From the sequence record DRR723986_4096: a stretch of 61,691 bases of DNA. One strand, written 5' to 3'. The notes beneath the pieces were generated by a model that had not been told where the DNA came from, did not search any database, and saw nothing but the letters and a program-made list of their open reading frames with translations. Within the stretch, counting starts at the first letter, position 1; the number at the start of each line of letters is the position of its first letter. Of this stretch, positions 45,311 to 53,948 are shown piece by piece. A program made the translations under genes and the position numbers.

Positions 45311-47818
45311 TTACTTGCCAAACCGGCTACGCAACAGATCCTGCAGCGAGGTTCTGGACGATGACGAAGAAGAGCGAGAGCGTGATGACGAGCTGCCGGA
45401 CCGGCTGCGGCTCGCCTCGGGGGCCAGGATAGCTTGAAGTCCTGTCCCTCCAGCGCTAACGACCTCCATGGTCTGTTCACTGCGCTGGTCGAGCTGGGCG
45501 ACAAGTGCTTTGACTTGTTCAAGCAGTTGCTCTGGAGCCGTCACAATTAGTGAGTTGCTTGGCTCGTGCACGGCGATCGTCATCTTGGGCTCCATGACTA
45601 CGGCCGCCGCAGATCCGGTCGGCCTCTTCGGAGCATTCTTGGTTTCCTTTGAGTTCTTTCGGTCGTCCTGCCCTTCACGATTGTCGCGCTGCGGTTGTTG
45701 TGGCTGAGAGCCGCCGCGAGGAGCGTTGCCGGAAGTGCCGCCAGCGAGATGATGGGAGTAAGCATCGCGGAGCACCTGAGCGACCTCGGAAGCAATGCTG
45801 TGCTTTATTTCAATGACATGTGATTTGCCGTAGACTTCGACATCGGTGATGCTGCTAGATTTGTCGATGATCTTCAGATAATTTTCAATCTGCTCGATTT
45901 CCGAGTCTGAACCTTGAGCGATAAGGCGGTTGAGCCGTGGATCGGCGACGACCGTAATCGAACCTGAGGTCATGGTGATGGTGCCATCGCGGGCGGTGAC
46001 CATGCTGCCCAGGAAAGAACCTGTTGAAACGTATCCGTTGACCAGCGTCCCGGCAGCGCCCTCTCGAGCAGACTCGCCGCCATCGAGAAGTTCCGCGAGC
46101 ATGGTTACAGCCTCGGCTGCTTTAGTGAACTTTAGGTAGAACACAATTGGCGGTGAAGGCTGTGCATCGACAGGGCCGACAATCGCTTTGAAATGGGCTT
46201 CGAAGTCATCCAGTGCTGCCGGATCTTCGCATTCCATAATTAGCCCGCGTGGAGCGAATAGGCAGCGAATGACCGGAAGGCTGGCATCAAATTCGCGATT
46301 CAGGTATCGCTCCATGCCGCGAGTATTGCTCACTGCAATCAGCTTTGTTGAGCCCGGGGCGTCTGGTGATACGACACGTTCAGTTTCTTCATTGCGGTCC
46401 TCGTCTCCGACCAGGAGAATTGCGTTTTCACCAGACCAGAGTCGAGCTGCCGTCCGTAGCAGGCTTTTCCCTTTCTCTCCTAGCGACGGAATTACACGCA
46501 GGCGAGCCCCCTCAGAGGCTGTTTCGCCGTCGTCCAAACCCGCCACAATTGTCTTTATCTGTTCGATTTCGTGGCGTTTGCCGCGAACGAACAATCGCAT
46601 GTTTCCGGGATCCGCGTCGATCTTTGGCCCGTCGTAATCCTCGTCGTCGTCAAACGAGCCCGGCAGGTCAAGCATTTCCTCTAGTAGTGAAATCGCAAAG
46701 TAAGGGTCGATCGTTTGAAGGGGGATGACCTCAAACTCGCTCTGTGCAGCCTCCATCTTGGCGATCGTCTGCTCAATTTCACTCTGAATGTCGGGCGATG
46801 CTAGAGCAACAATCGTATCAGTGTCTTCGTCAACGCTCAGACGCATCGACTTGCCTGCTAAGAGTGTTTGCAGGACGTTGTAGATCTGCTCTGAATTTCC
46901 GCCTTCGACGGTGTGCGACTTCAAAACAGCGTCACTGCCGTCGGCGGTGAGCTCTTCGGATGGCTGATCAAGTGCTTGCACTAGATTCTCAATAAGTGTC
47001 ACGCGGTCTTCCACGCCGGTGACGAAGATGTGTTTTCCTTGCAGGTCAGCCGAAAGACTGACGTCGATTCCGATCATCTCATCGGTAGCCAGCCCCAAGT
47101 GCGGACGGGCGACAGTCAGAATATCTTCGGCGGTGACGTGCTGGAGGGCAAAGCTCTTCATCACCGTGCCGTTTGCCAGCGTCTTCGGCTCGAACGAATC
47201 CAGGATGGATCGAACACTGCGGAGCTTGCCGACCGTGTCGACGACCAAAAGCTGTTTTGTTTTGCTAAGAATCGCTGGCGGCTTGATTAGATTGAGAACC
47301 GTCAGCTCACGTACGGCGTCCTCAGGTTCAAGTTCTTTTAGCGGGAATAGGCATTTTACAACCGTATGGTCCGGTGTTTCGTTCAGCTCTTCCAGGGTGA
47401 CGAGTTGAGCGAGAGCGTCCAGTTGCCGGTCGCTTCTTGGATCACCTAGGTTGATGACCGAAAGCAATGAATCCGAACGAACGAGTGTATAACCCTGCGG
47501 CAGCAAGAACAGATTGAGCCGGTCAATGGCTTCTGCTGGGGTGAAGGATCGCCGGTCGGCGTACGTAAAACTCCCCGTTGGTAGATCTTCGTAATGCAAA
47601 GCCAAGTCGCAGTTGTCACTCAGCCAGCGAATGACGTCTCGCCAAGGTGTGCGGTCAAAGGCGAAGCTGAGATTCGTCGCCTTTTCGGAGCTGCTCTCGA
47701 TCTCAGTTGGCATCAACTCCTGAGGAGCGGCGACCGTGTGAGTCGCAGAGCCTGACAGAAGAATTAAAGCTGCAGCGAAAGAAACGCCCCTGCGTGGCGT
47801 GGAGTTTTTTATAAGCAT
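45311..47818 (-). CDS. Secretin N-terminal-domain repeat protein (GspD N0 plus Secretin_N repeats, no secretin core)
   Basis: N0-like 'LSFAFDRTPWRDVIRWL..LNLFLLPQGYTLVR'; repeats 'VVADPRLNRLIAQGS..EIEQI..LKIID', 'IAVHEPSNSLIVTAP....VKALVAQLD'. Confidence 0.85.
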   Translation of the reverse strand: MLIKNSTPRRGVSFAAALILLSGSATHTVAAPQELMPTEIESSSEKATNLSFAFDRTPWRDVIRWLSDNCDLALHYEDLPTGSFTYADRRSFTPAEAIDRLNLFLLPQGYTLVRSDSLLSVINLGDPRSDRQLDALAQLVTLEELNETPDHTVVKCLFPLKELEPEDAVRELTVLNLIKPPAILSKTKQLLVVDTVGKLRSVRSILDSFEPKTLANGTVMKSFALQHVTAEDILTVARPHLGLATDEMIGIDVSLSADLQGKHIFVTGVEDRVTLIENLVQALDQPSEELTADGSDAVLKSHTVEGGNSEQIYNVLQTLLAGKSMRLSVDEDTDTIVALASPDIQSEIEQTIAKMEAAQSEFEVIPLQTIDPYFAISLLEEMLDLPGSFDDDEDYDGPKIDADPGNMRLFVRGKRHEIEQIKTIVAGLDDGETASEGARLRVIPSLGEKGKSLLRTAARLWSGENAILLVGDEDRNEETERVVSPDAPGSTKLIAVSNTRGMERYLNREFDASLPVIRCLFAPRGLIMECEDPAALDDFEAHFKAIVGPVDAQPSPPIVFYLKFTKAAEAVTMLAELLDGGESAREGAAGTLVNGYVSTGSFLGSMVTARDGTITMTSGSITVVADPRLNRLIAQGSDSEIEQIENYLKIIDKSSSITDVEVYGKSHVIEIKHSIASEVAQVLRDAYSHHLAGGTSGNAPRGGSQPQQPQRDNREGQDDRKNSKETKNAPKRPTGSAAAVVMEPKMTIAVHEPSNSLIVTAPEQLLEQVKALVAQLDQRSEQTMEVVSAGGTGLQAILAPEASRSRSGSSSSRSRSSSSSSRTSLQDLLRSRFGK

Positions 47819-47987
47819 GATCTATAGACCGATCACGAAATTGCTGTGTCAACTCAAGCGAGTTTAGGCACAGAATCTTCGTTGCGAGGTGGGTCGAGTG
47901 GGCGGGAAAGTTCAGGCGGGGCTTCTATTCTAGTAAGTTCGGCTAGGAAAACCAATTCGGATTCCTCAATAACCAAGTGCCCAGCAC

Positions 47988-48045
47988 GACTACCGCGGAA
48001 GACGCGACTACAGCCGGAAGGCAGACTACCGCGGCCGCGGTAGTC
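47988..48045. repeat. Three 18-nt-period GACTAC repeats ending in a perfect 22-bp palindrome
   Basis: gactac at 47988, 48006 and 48024; gactaccgcggccgcggtagtc at 48024-48045. Confidence 0.8.
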
Positions 48046-48279
48046 GCATAGCCGCCTTTGAGTCGCAGATGTCACCGGAATTTGATGCCGCCTGAATCCA
48101 AGGAAGTTGCAGTCTGAGCTCGGGTGAGTTGAGCTACTGGAGTTTGTCGCCAAGTTCAGGGAACTTCTATCGCTTGGCTTCGAGAGAAAAATGTTCTGGA
48201 CGGAAGTGTGAAAGTGAGTACGATCTTCTGTCCGCCCGCTCAACTGCGCTGCGCACAACTCACACCTGAGACATTCTTC

Positions 48280-48765
48280 ATGACTACTCGCCGCCGTTCA
48301 CGTGAAATTGTCCTGCAATTGCTCTACGAGGATGACATTAATCCCGAGCGTGATGCAAAATACGCGGACGAATTCTTGGTGCGACGGCTCCATGGAAATA
48401 AGCCTCTGATTCGTTTCGGCCGCGATTTGCTCAGCGGCGCACTGACCAATCGCTGGGAAATTGATAAGAAGCTCGGTGGTTTGGCCACGAATTGGTCACT
48501 GCGCCGGATGGCCGCCATCGACCGAAACATTCTTCGGATGGCGACTTACGAAATCTGGCTTGGCCCGACACCTGGTCCAGTTGCTATCAATGAGGCAATT
48601 GAACTGGCAAAGCGCTTTGGCGGAAAGCAATCTGGGCAATTCGTCAATGGAATCTTGGATCGCGTGTTGAGCAGCATTGAGGCGGAGAAGTCTGCGGCGG
48701 CCGAAGACAAGAATGAAACACCGGGTGAAAACGGCGCGGCCGATGAAGCTGCCGCGATCAAGTAA
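48280..48765 (+). CDS. nusB: Transcription antitermination factor NusB
   Basis: 'RRRSREIVLQLLYE', 'NWSLRRMAAIDRNILRMATYEI', 'VAINEAIELAKRFG..SGQFVNGILD'. Confidence 0.97.
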   Translation: MTTRRRSREIVLQLLYEDDINPERDAKYADEFLVRRLHGNKPLIRFGRDLLSGALTNRWEIDKKLGGLATNWSLRRMAAIDRNILRMATYEIWLGPTPGPVAINEAIELAKRFGGKQSGQFVNGILDRVLSSIEAEKSAAAEDKNETPGENGAADEAAAIK

Positions 48766-48912
48766 CGCGGTTGTGGAATAAGCAGTGTGCTTGAGGCCGC
48801 TTGAAAGTTGGGGCTGTGAAGATGCTGGCCGACCGCTAAGGTTTGATGGGAGCTCAGGAAACGCCTGAAACTTCCACCTGAACCATATCATTTTCGGCAA
48901 AAGGAGGCTGCC

Positions 48913-49848
48913 GTGGCGAAGAAGCCCAGCTCTGATGATGTAGGCAGCCCCGCCGATGACGCCGCTGCTGGCAGCGAAGACCTCGCCACTACCGACGAAC
49001 TCGTCGAACCTGCCGATGATCAGGAATCCGCAGAAGTCGATGCGCTGGACAGCGATGGATCTGCCAGTGATCTCTCGGCTGATGATGACTCTGACTCTGA
49101 GCCGCAACAGCTCGACATGGCGTCAGCTCTCGCCGCAGCAGACCACGATGATTCAGAAGACGACGAGGACGCTGAAGAAGGGTTTTCGCTCGAAGAGCTC
49201 AGTCAGAGCTATCAAACGCTGGTAGAAAACTCAGGCGAACAAACCGAAGTGGCCAGTGAGGCTGCCGCGGAAGAGACACCAGAGTCGCCTGGTGATGCTG
49301 AGCAAGAGGAGGAATCGAGCGAGATCCCAGTAACGCCGATGAGCATCATTGAGGCTCTTCTGTTTGTTGGCAAACCAGACAGTTCCGAGATTGCAGGCAA
49401 GGACATTGCCAAGCTCATGCGTGGCGTCGACGAGTCTGAGGTGCATCGGTGTGTGCAAGCCCTCAATGAAGACTATGCAAGGCAGAACCGAGCGATTCGT
49501 ATCGTCGAACATGGTGTTGGATACCGAGTCGATTTGGCTGAAGCAGTCGAGCCTGTGCGCGAGAACTTTTATGGTCGAGCACGCGACATTCAACTCAACC
49601 AGGCGGCCATCGATTGCCTCGCGCTGGTCGCCTACCAGCCTGGCGCGAGTCGTGAGGACATTGAACAGCAGCGAGGGCAGCCCTCCGGCGGCGTGCTGAA
49701 CCAACTTGTTCGACGTGAGCTCTTGGAAATGCGTCGCGAGGGAAAAGGCAAGTCAGCCGTGTCTCGCTACTTCCCCACCGAGCGCCTCCTGCAGCTCTCT
49801 GGGCTCGAATCACTGGATGATCTCCCGCAGGTCGAAGAGTGGCAGTAG
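48913..49848 (+). CDS. scpB: SMC-Scp complex subunit ScpB with long acidic N-terminal extension
   Basis: AGGAGG RBS with GTG start; 'IIEALLFVG', 'LN..AIDCLALVAYQP..SREDIEQQRG', 'YFPTERLL..GLESLDDLP'. Confidence 0.92.
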   Translation: MAKKPSSDDVGSPADDAAAGSEDLATTDELVEPADDQESAEVDALDSDGSASDLSADDDSDSEPQQLDMASALAAADHDDSEDDEDAEEGFSLEELSQSYQTLVENSGEQTEVASEAAAEETPESPGDAEQEEESSEIPVTPMSIIEALLFVGKPDSSEIAGKDIAKLMRGVDESEVHRCVQALNEDYARQNRAIRIVEHGVGYRVDLAEAVEPVRENFYGRARDIQLNQAAIDCLALVAYQPGASREDIEQQRGQPSGGVLNQLVRRELLEMRREGKGKSAVSRYFPTERLLQLSGLESLDDLPQVEEWQ

Positions 49849-50007
49849 CTTCTGGGATCGGCACGCTGCGGTAAAAACGCGTGCCCCCCTGAAGGTGGGT
49901 TGCGATTATGCAGCCACCGTTCATGCTAAACAGTTAATCCGCTTATTGCGCCCAAGCGGTACAAGCTTCTCTTCCTGATCTTATCTATCTGCTTCCTGGG
50001 GGCAAAA

Positions 50008-51264
50008 GTGCGCACGACGCTTCTCTTCTGTACAGCGATTCTCGTCACTCCAATTCTTACAGGTTCCGCGGACGTTACTCGTCGTTGGCAACGGACCGCT
50101 ACCAACGCATCTACTGGGTCATTCGGTGATGCCATCACGCTTACCTGGGGCTTTGTCGCGGACGGAACTTCCATCGTCGGTGGTGCGGGGGAACCGACTT
50201 CTGATTCTAATTTGATCAGTTTCCTGGACGGGCTGCATGGCGCCGGACCTGGCGGTACGGATTTGACTCAGCGGCCGTGGTTCAGTTCTTTCGAGAGTGC
50301 TTACAACCGATGGGGTGAAGTCTCAGGGCTGACATTCCAGTACGAGCCAAACGACACCGGTGCTCAGATCAGCAATACTACGATTTTACCTCGTGGTGAG
50401 CTTGGTGTCGTTGCTGATATGCGGATCAGCGGCCATAGCATCGATGGGCAGATCGGCAGCAATACACTTGCATACAACTATTTCCCCGATCACGGTGATA
50501 TGGTCATCGATACCGATAATACTGCATTCTTTGGCAATGCAGCCAACGATCTTCGAGGTTTGCGGAACGTTGTTGCCCACGAAGCGGGGCACGGTTTGGG
50601 AATGGATCACCGCGAGTCGAGTAACACTAGTTTTCTGATGGAACCGTTCATCAACAACAGTTTTGATGGACCGCAATTTGATGATATCTGGTCGATACAG
50701 CGGGGCTACGGCGACGTTCACGAAAAAGGTTTGGGCAATGACGTTCTGGCCAATGCTACCGAAATCGGCACCTTGGCTGCTGGCCAGCAAGTTGTGATTG
50801 GTGCTGACGCGGTGGACGCTCGAGTTGAACCGGGCGAAACGGACTTCATTGGTATCGATGGAACTTCAGACACTGACTTTTTGACGTTCACGCTCAGCCA
50901 AGCAGGCATGCTGGACTTGGTTCTGGACCCGATGGGCCCGACCTACTCCAGAGGGCCGCAGGACGGATCACAATCGCAGTTCGACGCATCGGCGCAGAGC
51001 GACCTGATGTTCGAGCTCTTTGCAGCCGACGGGACATCGCTTGGCCTAGCATCCGCTGCGGGTGCAGGCATTGCGGAAAGCTTGCTAGGCCTAAATTTGC
51101 TCGCGGGGCAGTATTTTGTTCAGGTTTCCACAGCCGCTGGAGCCGCGGATCAGAACCAGCTTTATCGGCTAACGGGCTCACTTACCGCCGTTCCAGAGCC
51201 TTCTGGGCTGGCTGCGTTGCTGTTTGCCTCCGGTGCATGTTTGCGACGCCGCCGTCGGAGTTAG
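50008..51264 (+). CDS. Matrixin (M10) family zinc metalloprotease with PPC-like domain and PEP-CTERM sorting signal
   Basis: 'VVAHEAGHGLGMDH', Met-turn 'LMEP', 'LAYNYFPDHGD', C-terminal 'VPEPSGLAALLFASGACLRRRRRS'. Confidence 0.92.
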   Translation: MRTTLLFCTAILVTPILTGSADVTRRWQRTATNASTGSFGDAITLTWGFVADGTSIVGGAGEPTSDSNLISFLDGLHGAGPGGTDLTQRPWFSSFESAYNRWGEVSGLTFQYEPNDTGAQISNTTILPRGELGVVADMRISGHSIDGQIGSNTLAYNYFPDHGDMVIDTDNTAFFGNAANDLRGLRNVVAHEAGHGLGMDHRESSNTSFLMEPFINNSFDGPQFDDIWSIQRGYGDVHEKGLGNDVLANATEIGTLAAGQQVVIGADAVDARVEPGETDFIGIDGTSDTDFLTFTLSQAGMLDLVLDPMGPTYSRGPQDGSQSQFDASAQSDLMFELFAADGTSLGLASAAGAGIAESLLGLNLLAGQYFVQVSTAAGAADQNQLYRLTGSLTAVPEPSGLAALLFASGACLRRRRRS

Positions 51265-51267
51265 GCT

Positions 51268-51825
51268 TCACGCCAGATCTTCTCCATCCAGTTGGATGTC
51301 AACGGCAAGCTGGTTGGAGAGTTCAGACAAGTGTGAACGGATCTCACCGGCAAGTCTCTCGCTTGGAATGGCCACGTTGCACTCCATCGTAAAGACGGGA
51401 GTGCCGGTCGTCGGAGCGGGAGAAACACTCGTGTTCATTTCCTCCACGTTCACGCCTCGGACGGACAGGAATCTCGATACTGAGTTCACTATGCCTTCGT
51501 TGTCTGCTCCCGAACAAACAAGGCGACTCTGAACGCGATGCGGTGAAGTCGCTACCTGGGATTTCGTTATCGGGGAAGCTTCTCGGGCATTAATTTTCAG
51601 GCCGCCCGTCGTCATCCCCGACAGGCTGCTCATCAGCTCTTCGGCCCGAGCTGCCTCGACGCTCACGCGTGCAATTCCGGCGAAGTCACCACACAGTCTG
51701 GCGAATCGGCTTTCTTCCCAGTTGCCGCCGTTGGCTACAACCGCCGCCGTAATTTCCTCCACGATGCCTGGGCGATCCGGGCTAGTAACGACTAAGATCA
51801 AATCCGTCTTCATATCCGATTCCAT
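51268..51825 (-). CDS. Tandem ACT-domain protein (GcvR-like)
   Basis: 'VTSPDRPGIVEEIT...GGNWEESR..L.G.FAG' and 'GADNEGIV..VS..L...GVNVEEM.T'. Confidence 0.9.
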   Translation of the reverse strand: MESDMKTDLILVVTSPDRPGIVEEITAAVVANGGNWEESRFARLCGDFAGIARVSVEAARAEELMSSLSGMTTGGLKINAREASPITKSQVATSPHRVQSRLVCSGADNEGIVNSVSRFLSVRGVNVEEMNTSVSPAPTTGTPVFTMECNVAIPSERLAGEIRSHLSELSNQLAVDIQLDGEDLA

Positions 51826-52054
51826 CGCGAAATGCTGTGTGTGTCAAGATTTGGGGCATAGGGTTTGCATGACCCAAGAGGGGCGACGCTCTTAGCGGAT
51901 TATTCCTTTCATCAGGGGACTTTCAACCGCACTGGTCGTATTTGCCGGCCGCCAGAGCGCACTTGCGTGCCGATACGCACACTACCGACTAAAATTGGAC
52001 GTTTGTGTCCGGTTTTGTCGGGCCGCTTCAACCTAGGCAGAATCACTTCGGGGA

Positions 52055-53446
52055 ATGAAGAAGTTGACTCCACGACATAAAAAACTCTCGGTAGTGATCC
52101 TTTCGCTATTCGCAGCGTGCATTCCGTCTAGCGATCGGCTGTTGGCTCAATTGTCCTACGAAAAAGCTCCGATCAACTACGGTTCCGTCGAGTCCAACGA
52201 CAAAGCCGCCGTGCTGGCCCAGCAGCTTGCCAGCGGCGAAGTGGAGCTTGAGTGGGATGATGAATTCGGATGGCTTCCAAGTGTGCTTGAGCACCTCGGT
52301 GTTAGTCCCGCCTCCCAAACGCTCGTCTTCTCCAAAACTTCGCTGCAGTTACACAAGATTAGTCCCAGAACGCCTCGGGCACTCTACTTCTCCGATGATG
52401 TTTACGTCGGCTGGTGTCAGCGAGGCGACGTCCTGGAGATTGCGGCGACCGACGAGAACAACGGAGCTTTCTTCTACACGATTGAGCAGAAGCGTGCGAC
52501 GGACCAGGTTCGCGAGGGAAAACATTTTGGCGCTCCTGAGGTGACTCGTGATCGTGGCCAATGCTTGACTTGTCACGCGACCCACCGAACACAAGGAGTG
52601 CCGGGATACCTGGTGCGTAGCGTTTACTCAGACAATAACGGCCGTCCCCGCGGCGGCACTCGTACCTACGTCACCGATCATTCGACGGAATTCACAAAGC
52701 GGTTTGGCGGTTGGTATGTGACCGGAAAGCATGGTGACATTCGCCATATGGGCAACGCGATTGCACGCGACCGCAGCAATCCGGAGTCTCTGGATCGCGA
52801 AAGTGGAGCCAATCTGTTGACGCTTGAGGATCGGTTTAGCACATCGAAGTACCTGGGCGAGGGGAGCGATATTGTTGCCCTGATGGTTCTGGAGCATCAG
52901 TCGCAGATGCACAACTTGATTGCAAGGGCCAGCATCGAAGCAAGGATTGCTCGCTACTACGATCGCGGCATCAACGAGGCGTTGGGGCGACCGGTGGATA
53001 CGATGAGTCCGTCGACAGTTCGGCGGATCGAGTCAGCGGGTGAGAAGCTAGTGGAATACATGTTGTTCAAGGATGAGCAGGAACTAGAAAGCACGATTTC
53101 GGGAAACGGACCGTTCGAGAAGTATTTTCAGAGCAACGCAAACAAGGACATCCGCTTCGATTCCAAGGGGCGCTCGTTGCGGCAATTCGACCTGGATCGC
53201 CGCATGTTCCGCTTCCCGTGCAGTTTCCTCATTCACTCGGAGGCGTTTGACGGGTTGCCGCCACCGGTCGCAGTCTATGTCCAGCGCCGCCTGAAGGAGA
53301 TTCTCATCCAAAGCGAGAACGACGAGGGCTTTGAGCATCTTTCTGCCAAAGACCGCGTTGCCATTGTTGAAATCCTCGGCGAAACCAAGCCGAACTATTT
53401 CGAGACGGACTTCCAGGCCAATTCCCAGGCGGCCATCATCCGATAA
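52055..53446 (+). CDS. Exported protein with a single CxxCH motif (putative c-type cytochrome)
   Basis: Signal-like N-terminus; 'GQCLTCHAT'; 'SQTLVFSKTSLQ..ISP.TPRALYF.DDVYVGW'. Confidence 0.75.
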   Translation: MKKLTPRHKKLSVVILSLFAACIPSSDRLLAQLSYEKAPINYGSVESNDKAAVLAQQLASGEVELEWDDEFGWLPSVLEHLGVSPASQTLVFSKTSLQLHKISPRTPRALYFSDDVYVGWCQRGDVLEIAATDENNGAFFYTIEQKRATDQVREGKHFGAPEVTRDRGQCLTCHATHRTQGVPGYLVRSVYSDNNGRPRGGTRTYVTDHSTEFTKRFGGWYVTGKHGDIRHMGNAIARDRSNPESLDRESGANLLTLEDRFSTSKYLGEGSDIVALMVLEHQSQMHNLIARASIEARIARYYDRGINEALGRPVDTMSPSTVRRIESAGEKLVEYMLFKDEQELESTISGNGPFEKYFQSNANKDIRFDSKGRSLRQFDLDRRMFRFPCSFLIHSEAFDGLPPPVAVYVQRRLKEILIQSENDEGFEHLSAKDRVAIVEILGETKPNYFETDFQANSQAAIIR

Positions 53447-53816
53447 CTGTAAGCAGGTCCACCCCGGCTGTCTTTTGCGGCCTTGCGCCGCAACCTGTTC
53501 ATGTTGATCGGCCGGGACCGTGATTCTCAGATGCAGTTTGTAGCTCCTAGCATGAGCGCTCGTTCTAACGCTGCCTTGGTTGCCCGGTCGCCCTAGCTTG
53601 CGAGGGCTGGCTGGTGTGCCTACTCGCCGCAGCTTGCCTGACCAAGTCTTCAATATTCGCACTCTAGTGCTTCCGTGGAGCGCTGTCGACGAAGCGTTAA
53701 AACCCGGACGAGCGGTATAGCCTATCTGTTTCCTAGCTTTTCGCTAAATTGTCCGGCGAAACGAAGTTTCTCCCACTGCATATAGTCTGCTGTGAGGTAA
53801 TTGATAGCGGCATTTT

Positions 53817-53870
53817 CGCCGGGCACGCGATCAATCATCGATTGTGCGTTGCCGGTCGACGAGCCGCGAG
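53817..53870 (+). ncRNA. Candidate nhaA-type (cation/Li+) riboswitch-like motif
   Basis: GGGCA-cgcgatc...gattgtg-cgt-TGCC stem followed by GGTCGACGAGCCGC, about 80 nt upstream of nhaD. Compared with the recalled nhaA-I consensus by eye only. Confidence 0.4.
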
Positions 53871-53948
53871 GGGCAGCCCCAACCTCTGGTGCAGTGAAAA
53901 GAAAAAGAAACAGAATCGAATCAGGCGCGGAGCAAAGGGTAGAACTAG

